Shown here in pieces: positions 13,285-27,373 of a stretch of 64,000 nt of DNA; position 1 is the first letter of the stretch; each line of letters begins with the position of its first letter. Under the pieces are notes generated by a model. That model did no database searches, was not told the DNA's origin, and saw nothing but the letters and a program-made list of their open reading frames with translations. The position numbers and the translations under genes were made by a program. The stretch lies in contig KZ538116.1 of NCBI GenBank assembly GCA_000934665.2, positions 1 through 64,000 on the forward strand. The letters run 5' to 3'. This DNA is from Catajapyx aquilonaris (lineage: Eukaryota).

Positions 13285-13601
13285 TTTTAGACATTTTCGA
13301 GAGAGAAAAAGTCGTAGAACGGCTCTGTCTGTCTGTCTGTGAACAGGCATCCGACAGACAGACAGAGCCGTGCTAGAAGACCTTTTTTCGATTTTCGGGT
13401 TCCAGGTTCACTCTATCAGCCCCTTACCCCTGCCTGACCCCCCNNNNNNNNNNCCCTGACCTCCCAGTCCCCCCACCACCCCCTCCCACAGATCACCCTT
13501 TCTCACTTCCCTCCTCCTACCCCATGATACCTGATACCTGTCCACAGACGGACAGAGCCGTGCTGTAAGACTTTCCGATGGATGGAAAAAAATGTCTAAA
13601 A
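13285..13601. mobile_element. Non-autonomous Helentron/DINE-1-like element or MITE (contains an assembly gap)
   Basis: 13-bp inverted ends ttttagacatttt / aaaatgtctaaaa, a (CTGT)n microsatellite near one end folding into a hairpin at 13311-13381, and an N-run at 13444-13453. Confidence 0.55.
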
Positions 13602-13996
13602 CTACTAGGATCGATTTTTAAAGGGGAAAGGGGCGGTCAGATCAGTGTCTTTGACACCATTTAATATATTGGTCAGTTCCCTGGCGAATATCATAATTTG
13701 GTTAATGAAAAGAAGCATGACAGTATCAGAAAATGTCAGTGCCCGAGAGATTGTAAAAGCACTTATCGATGTATTCATTGAGTATTATATCATTTAGGTG
13801 AATATATTCAGAAGCATTCCAAAAGTGGAAGGACACCACATATAATATTTTGATGTAATGACTAGTCGATTGTCCGCATACAAACGTCAAGTGCAGTTCT
13901 AATCTGTAGGCTACATCTAGATACCCAATCTTGTCAGTGTGGAATTATTCTTAAAAAAGAAACAAGCAATTAGAGTTGTTCAGATAGAGAAGGACA

Positions 13997-15532
13997 ATGG
14001 ACCCAACTGGTTTGACGGACGAGCAAAAGGCGAAGGTAGGCCTACACTACAGCTGAGAGCTGACTGTAAATTTCAATAATATTTATTGTTGTAATCAGTA
14101 CACATGCACTTAATCTCTATTACTTAATCTCTATTACTAGAAAAGGCAAAGGCAAAGGTTTGTTTGTCCAGGTTTGGCCTGTTTCCATGAATCTTGCATT
14201 AATATGATTATTGGTACAAAAACATCGAAAGGAAGTTCATTTATCGACTAGTGCACGTGCTCAAACATACTCGTATGCTATACCATTTGCATAATTTATA
14301 TTCAATAGATTATAGACATTCGATGCTGGACCTTCATGTTCTGTAATAATTGCACATACATTATAACTGCAATCTATTCAATTAAAAAGTGTAACATACT
14401 CGTTTAAAATCCTGCGGCGAAAGGTAACATGTCAGACCGAATGTCAGACCTTCATTTTCATGACAGTACGAATCAGATGGCTATTTGGTGGTCGAATCAT
14501 TCCTGACCGCGACCGAAGTCGAAGAGATGAAATCGGCCTACCTGGACCTGGTCCATCGACACGACCCAAGGGACACCAAGGCCTTATTTTCCACGGCCCA
14601 CGCCTCTGAACAGGTATGACCACAACGCACATTACATCTCATTGAACTGTAGTACTGTTATGTGTACACTACACACCACCACCACCACCATAGAACCGGG
14701 ACAATTACTATGCAGAGAGTGTGGACAAGATCCACTACTTCTACGAGCCAGAAGCCTTCGACTCCAGTGGAAATCTGGTGGTTCCAAAGGCAGAGTCCGT
14801 CAGCAGAATAGCCCACGGCCTGCACTGGAGGGACCCGACCTTCCGTCGACACACCTTCAGCCAGAAGGTCAAATCCTACGTAAGGTCACTCGGGATGGTC
14901 AAGCCAGTGGTCACGCAGGGAATGTACATTTGCAAGAGCCCACGCATCGGAGGTGAAGGTACGTATGCAAATCACAAGAAGGAAAAAACAGCTGTAATTA
15001 CATAATTAATTCATTGTTAATTATTTATTAATAATCCCCTGCAGCGAAGCAGCATCAAGACGCGACTTATTTGTACATGGAGCCAATGAAGCTGGTTGGA
15101 TTGTGGTTCGCCTTGGATGATGTCACCATGGACAACGGTTGCCTCTGGTTCGTACCTGGGTCACACAAGGACGATGACCTCTCGGCCAGGTTCATCCGAA
15201 ACCCAGACTCACAAGCAACATCCATGTTTCTCCACAAGAAACTGAGCAAGGTCCATTACGAGGACTCCGACTTTGTTCCAGCAACTGCCAAAAAAGGTGA
15301 GTACTTAGCAGGAGTGTTAGCAGGAGTTAATGAACATGATCGTGTTGCAGGGTCTTGCGTGTTCATACACGGTATGGTGATGCACAAGAGCGCCAAGAAC
15401 ACTTCCAGCAAATCCAGACACGCATACACCTTCCACATCATCGATACCGACGGTACACGTTGGGCACCTGACAACTGGTTGCAACCAACATCCACATACC
15501 AGTTCCCATCACTCTACAACAACAATGTATAG
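13997..15532 (+). CDS. PHYHD1: PHYHD1-like dioxygenase, copy B (5 exons)
   Basis: Exons 13997-14035, 14467-14613, 14694-14958, 15045-15296, 15351-15532. Same intron positions and HQD..H..R motifs as copy A. Confidence 0.9.
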
Positions 15533-16006
15533 AAAGTGCTCCCAAACAGAAGCCAATAAAAGCATTACATAACATGCAGTTTTTGATTAGTTAATCAGGC
15601 AGCTGTATCCTGCGAGTCAGACGACCCTTTTCTCTGGGGTGAAAGAAGGGTTGCCTATCATGCAGGCTAAATCATATTCTAGACAGCAGCAACAGATGTC
15701 TCTTGGAATCTACCAATCAGGCGACAGAGAGATAATAAGTGGCCTTGACTAATGAAGCAATGGACACTTCTAGGCCTTCAAGTGTTTGTAGGCTGACTGG
15801 TCACCTGGTTGAGGACACTGCACCAAAAGTCATGTCATAGCCTTTATTATCTGTGACCATGTAAGATAAGAAAAGCTGTCACTCTTGTACTGTAAGCAGG
15901 TGTAAGTGCTAATTAATCACAGGTCTGCATACACTTTCATGATGCACAAATGAAAACTACAGCAACTATTGTACAATTTTTAGACAGAATTTTGGTAATC
16001 AACAAG

Positions 16007-17263
<1,257 letters not shown>

Positions 17264-18522
17264 CAGAACAAGTGGCCTTTGTTTATTGCAAAAAGCAAAA
17301 ATTTTAATGCAGTGCAATTGTTTGGGGGTGTGGGGGGAAAAGTGGAGGTGAGGAGAGGGAGGGAGGGATACACCAGAACTGTACACAACAGAAAAAAATA
17401 TAATATGTATACATATTTATAATGGAATTTGTTTTTAACCCATAAAGATAAATATCGCTCTGTGACTTGGAACGTTGACAACAAACAAATCGTTGAGAAC
17501 GGAAATAAAGGCAAAAATAAATCACAGGCAAACTGACACTCAATGTTAACGTCCCGCATTCATTGGCTGTGACAGTGATTGCCTTTGTTCACAGGTGACT
17601 AGGAAAAATAAAACGGCAGGATGTGGGGGAAGGGGAGAACAGCGTGTGAGAAAAATCACTTCCAACTGGCTAAAAATTTGCTCAGCAAATTCACACGGAT
17701 TGTTTTAGAAACCACAGGAGCCATTCTCCGGAACTGACTGGTTCAGCTATAAATATTTTAAAACATGCACACTGGCAGTCGCCACTGTCCTAAGGTAGGA
17801 CGTACAATCTTAGAACATATCTATTAGTCTGTGAATGTATCTGAAGCTTGAGGAATGTGCCAATTCACGTGACGTAAAGGACCTGGAAACGTAACTACAT
17901 AGGATTAAATAATAGTTTCCACCTGTTCCATTGCAAACATTGTATGTTGCCTGCTGAAGAGTCTACCACACAGAGTCTACCACACAGAGACCTGACTCCA
18001 TGCACATGAGAATGATTTCTTGAGCTTGACAACTAATACTAATTACAAAAAAGTGTAAAGACTGTGCCCTTTACTTTGGTTAGCGTTCACAGTGGAGGCA
18101 GCAGAAACTTTCTTTCATTGTGTAGATCCAATAAGCAACCGTCAATGGCCAAATTGTTCTTCTCAAGACAGGCAGACCCTGATTAACACCAAATCAGTCA
18201 GTTCCAAAGAAACCAAGCCTGTGTGTAAAACAACCCAGTGAATTTACCTAAGGGAGGAGGAGGGTGGTTGGGGAGGTTGGGTGAAGTTTCGTGTAGAAAG
18301 ATTGGTCACTTTTTTTTACACTTGTCCCCGACTGGAAACGGTTTTTTTGTACATAAAATGACGCGTAATCTCCTCTTCATCCTTAAGTACTGATACCTGC
18401 AATAACACAGTTTTTGTTCTAGGTATCACTTGACACTGTTTGTACCAACATGCCCATCCAGTGGCCCAAAGAAATTTTTTAAATTATAACGAATTATAAC
18501 GAAACTAGCCTGCATTTGAGCG

Positions 18523-21500
18523 TCACAACTCGTCTTTGTTGTCCCGCCCTTGGTCCTTCCCCTGGGCTAGTTCTCCAAGTGCACTCGCCACTGCTCGCAA
18601 GAACTCTCTCCCACCGCTTCCACGCGACTCCCTCAAGTCCAGCGGCTTATTTTCTGCCTCCCTCATATTTGGAGCCTGCCGCCTCTCCACTTCACGAATC
18701 GTCGCACTCAGCATTCTGAGATCTAGTCGTTGTCCTGGACCAGCCCCTGGGCCAATGTCGTCCTTCTCTTCTTCAAGCACCAGGTCCTTTAACAGCGGCT
18801 GGATCACTGGAGATTGTTGTGCAACCATATGCTTCACTACTGCCTCTGCCACTCGACGAACCGAGTCTGAATCATCACCACTTCCGACACTTTTGGCCAA
18901 AAGTTCATAGAGTCGACGCAGGTCATTGTCACTCTGCTTCATCCCGGTCGCCAGGACACGTAACAATGCTCTGAGTCGAACCAAGTACTTTACAGAGCCA
19001 GGTGAATGCTCCTCCAACAAAGCTTCCACATCTTTCAGGAGGCGGTCGTAGTTGGATGCATTTTCGGTTGTGACTGGTGCATCGACATCAACCCCATGCA
19101 CAGCTGGCCCGACCTTCTGACGAGTACGTCGTGTCATTTCTTCCTTTGGTGCACACGACTCCTCATCAGGATCAGGAACGGCAGTGACACTGCCAACACT
19201 CAGCACCACCTTGGAGTCCTCCGGAGGTGGTGGGGTCAGCTTCCCTGAGGCAGATTCGGGCAGCTTCTCAACTTGGCGCACTACAGTGCGGCTGCCATCC
19301 TCACGTTGAATGGTACGGATGGTCTCAGCCTGCAGCTCTCCATCCTCGCCCATCCGGATAACAATGGCTTCTGCAGAACCCTCCGAGACCATCTCACTTG
19401 GCTGCGAAACACGATTGTGATTAAAATGATCGAATAAGAAAAATGGTTAATCCTTACCTTCTTCTTGTGCATAGCTTCTGAATGCAGATACTCCTGCACC
19501 TGAGCTTTGAGCTTTCTTACTGCTTCGTCATCTTCATCTTCTCCCTCCCCTTCATCTTCCCCAATCTCCTCCTCGGTTACCTCTCCCCTCCCCTGCGGAC
19601 CCCTCTCAGCTAGAGTCACCTCCAAACCTGCATTTTCCTTGTACGCATCCAAAAACTGTCGGGCATCAGCTGAGAACACAAACAACATTGGAATGTCCAC
19701 GTCATTTGTCCCGTCCCCAGACATTGCAAACATGGCCGAGGCTGAGGCTGAAGTGTCTGGTTTGTTATCAACAACAATGCCTCCAATGGCTCCAGCCCGC
19801 TGAATCCTCCGAGCCTTGTCTATAAACATGCAGTCACCGCGCTCCATCACAACTATTTTTCCTCTGAGGCTTTCGCGCTGAGCAGGATCTTCACACATGC
19901 GGTACGGCTGGCCCAACATCAACGGACCAGTCAGGATACGATCATCTGAAAGGTCGCCTCCAAATTGGGCTGGCCCAGCATTGATGACCACCAGGTCGCC
20001 AGTGCTGGACTTGAAATAGACGACTCTTGGTGGGTTCTCAGGTTGGGAGGCCTGGGATTTCGACAGCTCAATCATCTCCTGCATAAACATCAGTCCCTCT
20101 TCTGCATCTTCCGGAGTCTTCGCCTGTGACAAGCAATTGAACAATTACTCAGCATGATTCTGGATTACAAATTATTCACTTAACATCCAAATTGCTACTT
20201 CAGGAGTGTGCAACTTCAACGTACCAAGAGTCAAACAGGTCGCAAAAAAGGGAACTGTACTCACATTGGCAAAAGTATGTAGCAATTGCACCCTGTTGTC
20301 CGGCAAGGCGACAATGGTGATCCCCATGTCCCTGACTAGTTTCATGTGCTCAGAGTTCCCTGCCTGGAACTCGGCAGCCCTGAGCTTCCTCCGGAGACTC
20401 CTCCTTGTTGGGCACGTGCCCTCCACCAGATTCTTCAGGGGCTTCCTGATTGACTCCGGATAGTGGAAGTCCCCAGGAAACAGGTAGTGAGTGTTAGGGC
20501 ATGAACGAGAAAACTCCACATCCTCATCCATCGAGTTGTAGTAATCCTCACTCTTGCCATCAGGAATCTAAAGGAAATGTTAAGTAATCACTGTTAGGCT
20601 CATGAAGCCAGTGCAAAAGCAAGCTTCTTTATAAACCTGAGGCTTTGAATATAAATAATAATCGGTATTAAAGACCAAAAAAACTAACCGGAACTGCAGT
20701 CAAGTTGCTGAGTCTGGCAAGAGACAGGGGCAACAAATGGGCTTCTGTTGTCAGCACAAAGTCGTCCATGTCTAGCACAATGTCTTCTGGATCCGAAAAG
20801 AGCAGGTACAAGTATTTAAGGGTCTCCGCCAATACAAAGGAGTCCATCCGATCCTCGTGCCCTCCAGTCCTCACATCTTTTACAGCAGCATAGCCACAAG
20901 GGACACGTGCATACTTCTGCAGAGACTGCAGGACTTTCTTTCCTGCCTCCAGGTAATAAGGATCCCCTGTAGCGCGGTACAGCAGGTACGTTGACTCTAC
21001 AAATTCAGGTCGGAGAGGGTGCTGGCCCCAGTGAACCTGCAAATACACAAGCAACAGTTGAATACAAAGTATCATGATCTACAACTTCGTTTTCGTTCCC
21101 AGCATGAGTGACTGACTAAAGCTCAGTTTTAAAATGGTTTGAACAGGTCATCTTTTGTTAAAAGGCAGACCTCAGCACTTCCTTATCTGAATGCAACCCA
21201 AATGATAAGAGTTTTTATTTAAACTGGAAAAGGGGTATTTTTTTCCACTTAAATCAGTGTAAACTAAATAGCATGTAGATTCTGTACAGTATGTTTCAAT
21301 AATGAAAGCCAACTCATTACAAATATTTTTGTAACGTTGTACAGAATGATAAACTGCATTGATTGCCAGTCATGTCTCAATATTTACTGAGTCAAAATGA
21401 CTTTTATGACTATTCATTTTGTGCAACCCATTCAAGTAGGAAAGGCTTGCTATACAACACCATTGCAAAAATATAAATCACATCATGATAGTATAAAGCT

Positions 21501-24500
21501 GATCAGTATGCCACAACTTCAATATACCTCATTGTTTGATCTACATTCAAATGCTAGAAAATTGCCATTGACTGCTGCTGTTTATTATTCTAGTAGGAGC
21601 CCACACACAACATTGATTTATTGATTGCATAATGGCATGAACGCCGTGACATGCCATGAATGCATGGAATATAAAATGCCTACCGTGAGCTCAAAGGTCA
21701 AGAATGATGTTGAGAGTACCAATTCTCAAATGGATTTTTCATGCTCTTAATTTTTTCATGCCAGTCCGTGGAAAACCAATCATAAGCATGTGTCTGTAGC
21801 CTACTGTCTTTCCTCGCATGTCAAGTTTTGAAGACATCTCTATTAGCCCACTTCAACATGCAATGTGGAAAAGACCAGAAGCATTTCTATTTATTTATGT
21901 TGCGTGAATAATAACTGACGCACCCACATGTATCATGTAGAATTTTTTTTCAATTTCTTCAAGTTTTAGTAAATTATACGTAACAATGCCAGATTGTGTA
22001 CACTGGAAATTAAATTGCCATATCCTGCTGATGAACTTATGGCTATCTATACATGCAATGACTTATGAAACAACCCACGTACATATCATTTTGAGACTTT
22101 TTTAGATAGCCATAAGTTAATGTACGTAGGTTGATTCATAAGTCATCGCTTGTATTTTTTAATTCAAAAATGGTAACACACTCAGAGATGACCTTTGCTG
22201 AGTTTTGAAGCTCCAGCAATTACAATTTGATCTGGCATATACATGTTGCCCATATCACGAGGGAGGCAGGGAAACAAAGGGGATCATGACCCCCCCACCG
22301 CTCCATCGCCCTAAGACAGCCCGAGCCTAACGCGCTTGGAGCTGTTGGACTCTGCATCCAGGACACTCCGAGATGGACAACACGGGACCTTGCTTTCGAG
22401 TGTGGGACAAGTGACAGGAGCCATGACTGTCATCCATCGCCACAAACTGTTTTTTTTTTTAAACCATCGCCCTCACTGCAATCGAGTTCCAAGCGAGGGC
22501 AATCTGAAAGAGAAGGTGAGGGACCAGTGAGGATACCAACTTCTTGAGAACTTTTAGCCTTTCCGAGTCCTAAGCATAGTGCTCTGACTTGTCCCACACC
22601 GAAAGCAAGCTCCTGTGTTGTCCATCTCCGAGTGTCCCGCATGCAACGTTCAAAAGCTCCAAGTGCATCAGGCTCGAGCCGTCTTAGGGTGATAGTGCGG
22701 TGGCGGGGTCATGACCCCTCTTTGTTTCCCCGCCCCCGTGCGATATGGACGACATCTATATATCAGATCAAATTGTAATCACCAGGGCTTCAAAACTCAG
22801 CAAAGGTCATCTCTGCATGTGTTTAATACGGGTTTGAATTTTAAAATACGCACAATGACTTATGAAACAATCCATGTATGAAGTTTTCAACATAAAGATG
22901 AAAATAGTCCATGACAGAATTTGCCTAGATCAGATATTAAATTTTTGTTAAAATGATCAAATCAGCAATGCAAAAGGCACAAAACCAATGAGAACTAGAA
23001 AAATACGTTCAAAAGGTTCAATTATGTCACCAATGAATGCATGTAATATCCAGGGGAATTCCATGCCAAACCATCATCAAAAGTGCTTGTGAATTTTAGA
23101 TTGCGATAACAACTTGTAGAATAATACGATTTCTAACCTGGGCTTCCCCTTATCCTTTTCTTTCGGATCTGATAGCATCAAAGTCATGAATAGATAAGTG
23201 CTGCCTGGTACATTAGAGGCTTAAAATAAAAATTACCCGCATGTACTATATCGCTTTAAAATATGGAGACGATTGTGTATTTGGTTTCAATGCAAAACTG
23301 TCTCCATCTTTTTGAGCGATGTAGTACAAGTATCACATTCTTACTCACACACACTGTGACATGTCAAAATAGACAAAACTGATTGTCATTCTGCAATTAT
23401 CATATTCAATTACACTTCTCTGAAGCTAAGTCACACAGTTCTGCAAAACTTTTCCTTACTGCACAACAACTCCAACAATAAAGCATGGAAGCAGAATGTG
23501 TTGTTTAATTTCATCCAAGAAGTATTGACATAAAATTATTTAAGCTTGCTTTTCACACCTTTCTCCATCTGCAAAAAATTAGTGACAAAAGTGTCTAATT
23601 TGCTGTAGCAGGCAACAGCAAATCATTTTCAATGACAAGCAGCCCTACTTATGAGTGTCTTACTTGGAAGTCAGTGGTGAAAGCCTCTGGCAAAAAGTTG
23701 TGCCGCTGCAACACTTGATACAGCATCTCATGTGTCTCAATAGCTGGCTTGATGTCTCCCTTCAGCACTTGCAAACCAGGCCAGAAGGCTAGCAGAGCAT
23801 CCATGAAGTTCTTGGAGTTGGTATGCGGTCGATGCATATGCACATCCAGCAGCAGAGGGCCCTGGCTGACGTACTTCATGACTGCACTGTAGTGACGGTT
23901 GAACCTATCCAGATACTTCTCGTCCCCAAGCAGCACGTACGCTTTGAGACAGTATTCGTAGTAGGAGTCAATCCCAGCTCCGACTCCTGAATCCCTTCGA
24001 ACCCAGTCTCCATTGTGGACATTGAGAACAGTGCCCATCAGGTCTGAGCTACGGTGACGCATCTGCCAGAGAGAATCCATAGCACGGTGGGCCTTGTCCT
24101 CAAAGATGGGCTCTCCTGAAAGCCTGGACAATGCAGCAAATTCCAGCAGCATTGTGCCAGCACAAGCAGTGCACGTCTCACGAGAATTGGCCAGGCTTGG
24201 GGATTTCAATCCATACTGAAGGTTTATCTAAAACAGAGAAAGGTGGCATTTGAGGCAAGTGTTTTCTCATTATCAACTTTAAAACATCAAAACTGGAACC
24301 GTTTCACTCAGAATTTATATAGCAACAATGCAGTGTGAACTGATCACGAGCAACTCACTCGTGGATGAGGAATGCCAGTTGTGGTGTTGAACGCAGGCAA
24401 CAATCTGTACCCAAGGTCCTTTGCCATGGCAAGAAGTTCACCTTTATACCAAGGAACAATACCAGCTTTGGCTTGCAAATACTCTGCCAGGATATGAGCA

Positions 24501-26569
24501 GAGAGAAGGCCCCTGAAGAAAATAAAACATTAACAAATGTGTCCAAAAAAGAGAGCTCAAATAAAAAACTTACCCCAGCATCCTGATGTTTGTCTCAAAC
24601 ACGGAGACAACAATGTCGTTGTCAAATGACACATCTCGGATCACTACTTGCAAGGCCAGCTCAAACTCTTCCAGATCTCCCAGAATCTACCATGAGAGAA
24701 TTCGGGGACAGGTCACTTACAATCCACACCACATAATTCAGAGACTCAACTGCAACAGAAACTTACCACTAAAGTGTCCAGAGCATCCACCAATGTTAAT
24801 GAAAAGCTGGAAAGCAAAATTACAATTGCATATTAGTCATTGCCTAATTGTTAAGTCAATTCTATAACCAAAATACAGTGCAGTATCCTTAGTCATCATT
24901 TGACTTTAACATAGCAAATTATATCAGGTGGTACTCACTTTCCAAGCGCATCATCAATGTCCCCCCGATTTGGCTCTGTCCCTCTCCACCTCCCTCTGCA
25001 GCTCAAGGGCATCAGTTCATCAGCTGGATATGCATTGTCCTGCGTAGGAAAAAACAATGACCAATGTGAATAAAATATCACAAAAAATTCCCCGAGGACA
25101 GACCTCTTGTGGGAAATGGGAATAAATTAAAACACTAAACTACAAGCGAAACCCACTAAAACTAATGAGCATAATACACTAGGAAAGCGAAATATCAATA
25201 TATCAATTTTACTTGCAAATGATGCTTCCATGAACAAACTTTCAAACTCCCGGAGTTGCTCCAAAGATCAATAAGAGCTTATTGCTAGGGACGTGAAATA
25301 ATCCAAAAATATTGATTCATTACGTACTGCAGATTGAATAATTACCTAAGTTGACATCGCTTGACTTTCATGCAGTCAGATGGAGCAATCCAATGACAAA
25401 TATGACCTATCACCACCACATATAGTGTACATTAGTCATCACCGGCTACCCCATTATGGGATTAATGTCATAATGTAATGAATGAACTACCACATAATTA
25501 TATTTATGCCACATAATTTAGTTCGTGGAGCATTATCTGAATCCTGGATGTTTTCGCACAATGATGGAATGTTCATGCTATTCTTACAGAATTAACTAGT
25601 AAATTTACTAAATATGTGTACTCACCATATAAGCGCGGTATGCATGATAAAACATATCCTTCGCCTCGTCCCTGCCAAAGAACAAAAACGTTGAGAGAAC
25701 TACATGCTAAGTCATGCCAACCTTGAAATGACCCTCCTAATCAATATTTATCATGGGTTGTGTCACTGAAAATGGATCGTAAAAGCCTAGTAACAAGTGC
25801 TCTACCACCAAATAGCCCCATACTGCATGTGTTACATATCAACAGCTCGGCCCGAAGTAATTAATGACTTGCTATTTCAGCAGGTAGCAAATAAGCAAAA
25901 TGCAACTTTAAAACTTGGTTGAATCTAACGGCAGCTATACTAATTAACTTCATTCACTGCTTTATTATTATAATTATAATAGGGCATAAAATACCATATT
26001 TTGACTGCATATAAGTCGCACTTTTCCCCCCCCAAAAAATTGCTCACAAAATTGCCGTGTTTTATATGCGAAAATACACTTAGAACTTTTTTTTCCTGAA
26101 TGTGATCTGCTGAAATGGGGGTGTGGCTTATATGACATCAAATGCGGTCTTTGTCGCTACATTACTTCTGGTATGGGCCACAAGAGGCTTACAAGTTGGC
26201 AATACGAGCCCCAACATCCATGATATAACCAGAACACGTAAAATTTGTTCTCAACGGAACGACCCTAGTACGGAACACTTTTTCTGAATGTAACAACCAC
26301 AGTGCAGAACACTGTTTTATTCATGATACGGAGCATTTTTGCAGAATGGAACGACAGCGGCACAGAACATTTTTTGTGGAATGAATCTGCTTATTTCACA
26401 GGCAAGGGTCTGGGTGCCATTAGAACAGAACTTGTTGTGTACGGGTGACGCACCTGAGCTGCTCCCTCTCCTCCCTGGTCATGGCTGTGATGCTGGCTGG
26501 GTCCACGTCCAGCGGTGCAACTGCTGAGAGCCCTGCACAGGTGGCCACCAGGGCAACCAGGAAGTGCAT
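18523..26569 (-). CDS. EDEM3: ER degradation-enhancing alpha-mannosidase-like protein 3 (GH47 + PA domain + KDEL; 11 exons)
   Basis: Signal peptide [17 protein letters not shown]47 motifs ([74 protein letters not shown]), PA domain ([23 protein letters not shown]) and C-terminal KDEL. Exons 26569-26454, 25671-25626, 25039-24939, 24806-24767, 24686-24574, 24512-24359, 24227-23664, 21036-20689, 20567-20265, 20123-19458, 19401-18523. Confidence 0.95.
22123..22878. mobile_element. Long fold-back element (about 300-bp imperfect inverted arms) in an EDEM3 intron
   Basis: Arms match in reverse complement, e.g. agagatgacctttgctgagttttgaagc / gcttcaaaactcagcaaaggtcatctct, with TA at both ends. An extra copy of the right terminus lies at about 22058-22081. 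Confidence 0.8.
23246..23324. mobile_element. Short palindromic MITE (same family as 53432-53528)
   Basis: ta|ctatatcgct...agcgatgtag|ta hairpin with TA flanks. Confidence 0.65.
25994..26147. mobile_element. Degenerate pogo-like MITE in EDEM3 intron 1
   Basis: Imperfect inverted ends ccatattttgactgcatataagtcgcac / gtgtggcttatatgacatcaaatgcgg. Confidence 0.5.
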
Positions 26570-27373
26570 CTTCCAAGTCCCTTTTCCCCCCCAAAAACAA
26601 ACCACCCCGCCCCCACCTGCGAAAAGGTGTTCTCCTCCTCAGAGTGTTGGTCTCGGTGGGGGCATCGCCGGGGCGGGGGAGGAACAAGCGGGCCGCATTG
26701 TTGTTCCCCCTCTTGCGACGGAGGAGAGGGTCCTCCCGACAGTCGAGAAGGACTCGGGAGGGGAACGGGAAGGAGAGCGGGATATGTTGTTCCACACTGG
26801 GGAGGTGGAGGGGAAGAGTCGAGCCAAAATCATAAGCCAGTCGAGGAAGCCATCTTGGTATTTCCGGAATTTTTCGACAGGTGGCAGGAGGCACAGAAGG
26901 GAGGAGGGCAAAGGAAAAAAGGGGGAGGGGCCAACATGAAGTGTCCACATCTGCCACTGGGAGCGCCACTGATGAACAAACGCAACTGTTTCATCAGTAG
27001 GTTCACAGCTACCTAATGATCGCTGGCTATTTGTTTACTAGTGAAGCAATACTTCGCAAATCTGATAACGGTTTGTTTGACATGTGGTACTGCATCTGTA
27101 CTGCATGCAACTAACGGAACGACGATGACTTACCCCGGACAAACCGCTCTTGTAAAATGTAGCTGCTTATTTTGGAACCAGGAACAGCTACATTTATAGC
27201 TGCGATTGTAGCGCCCGACTTGTGGCGGCGGGAGATGAACTAGGCGCGTTCGGCCGCCGTGACGTCACATGATTTTCCGAACGCGCCACAATTCCGACCG
27301 GAAAGTAATAAAAAAAAAAGGTGCAATTAAAAAGGCAGGGAGGGGTTCGCGGTGTTCCCCCGAAAGTTGGAAA
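26570..27373. promoter_or_regulatory. Head-to-head EDEM3/DDAH promoter and 5'UTR region with palindromic CRE
   Basis: Divergent start codons about 800 bp apart, gtgacgtcac at 27259-27268, and a CpG-rich patch. Confidence 0.55.

Noticed and set aside
26391..27016. Long GC-rich ORFs around the EDEM3 5' end
   Set aside because: These are 5'UTR or promoter GC-richness artefacts. The signal-peptide ATG at 26569 explains the gene.
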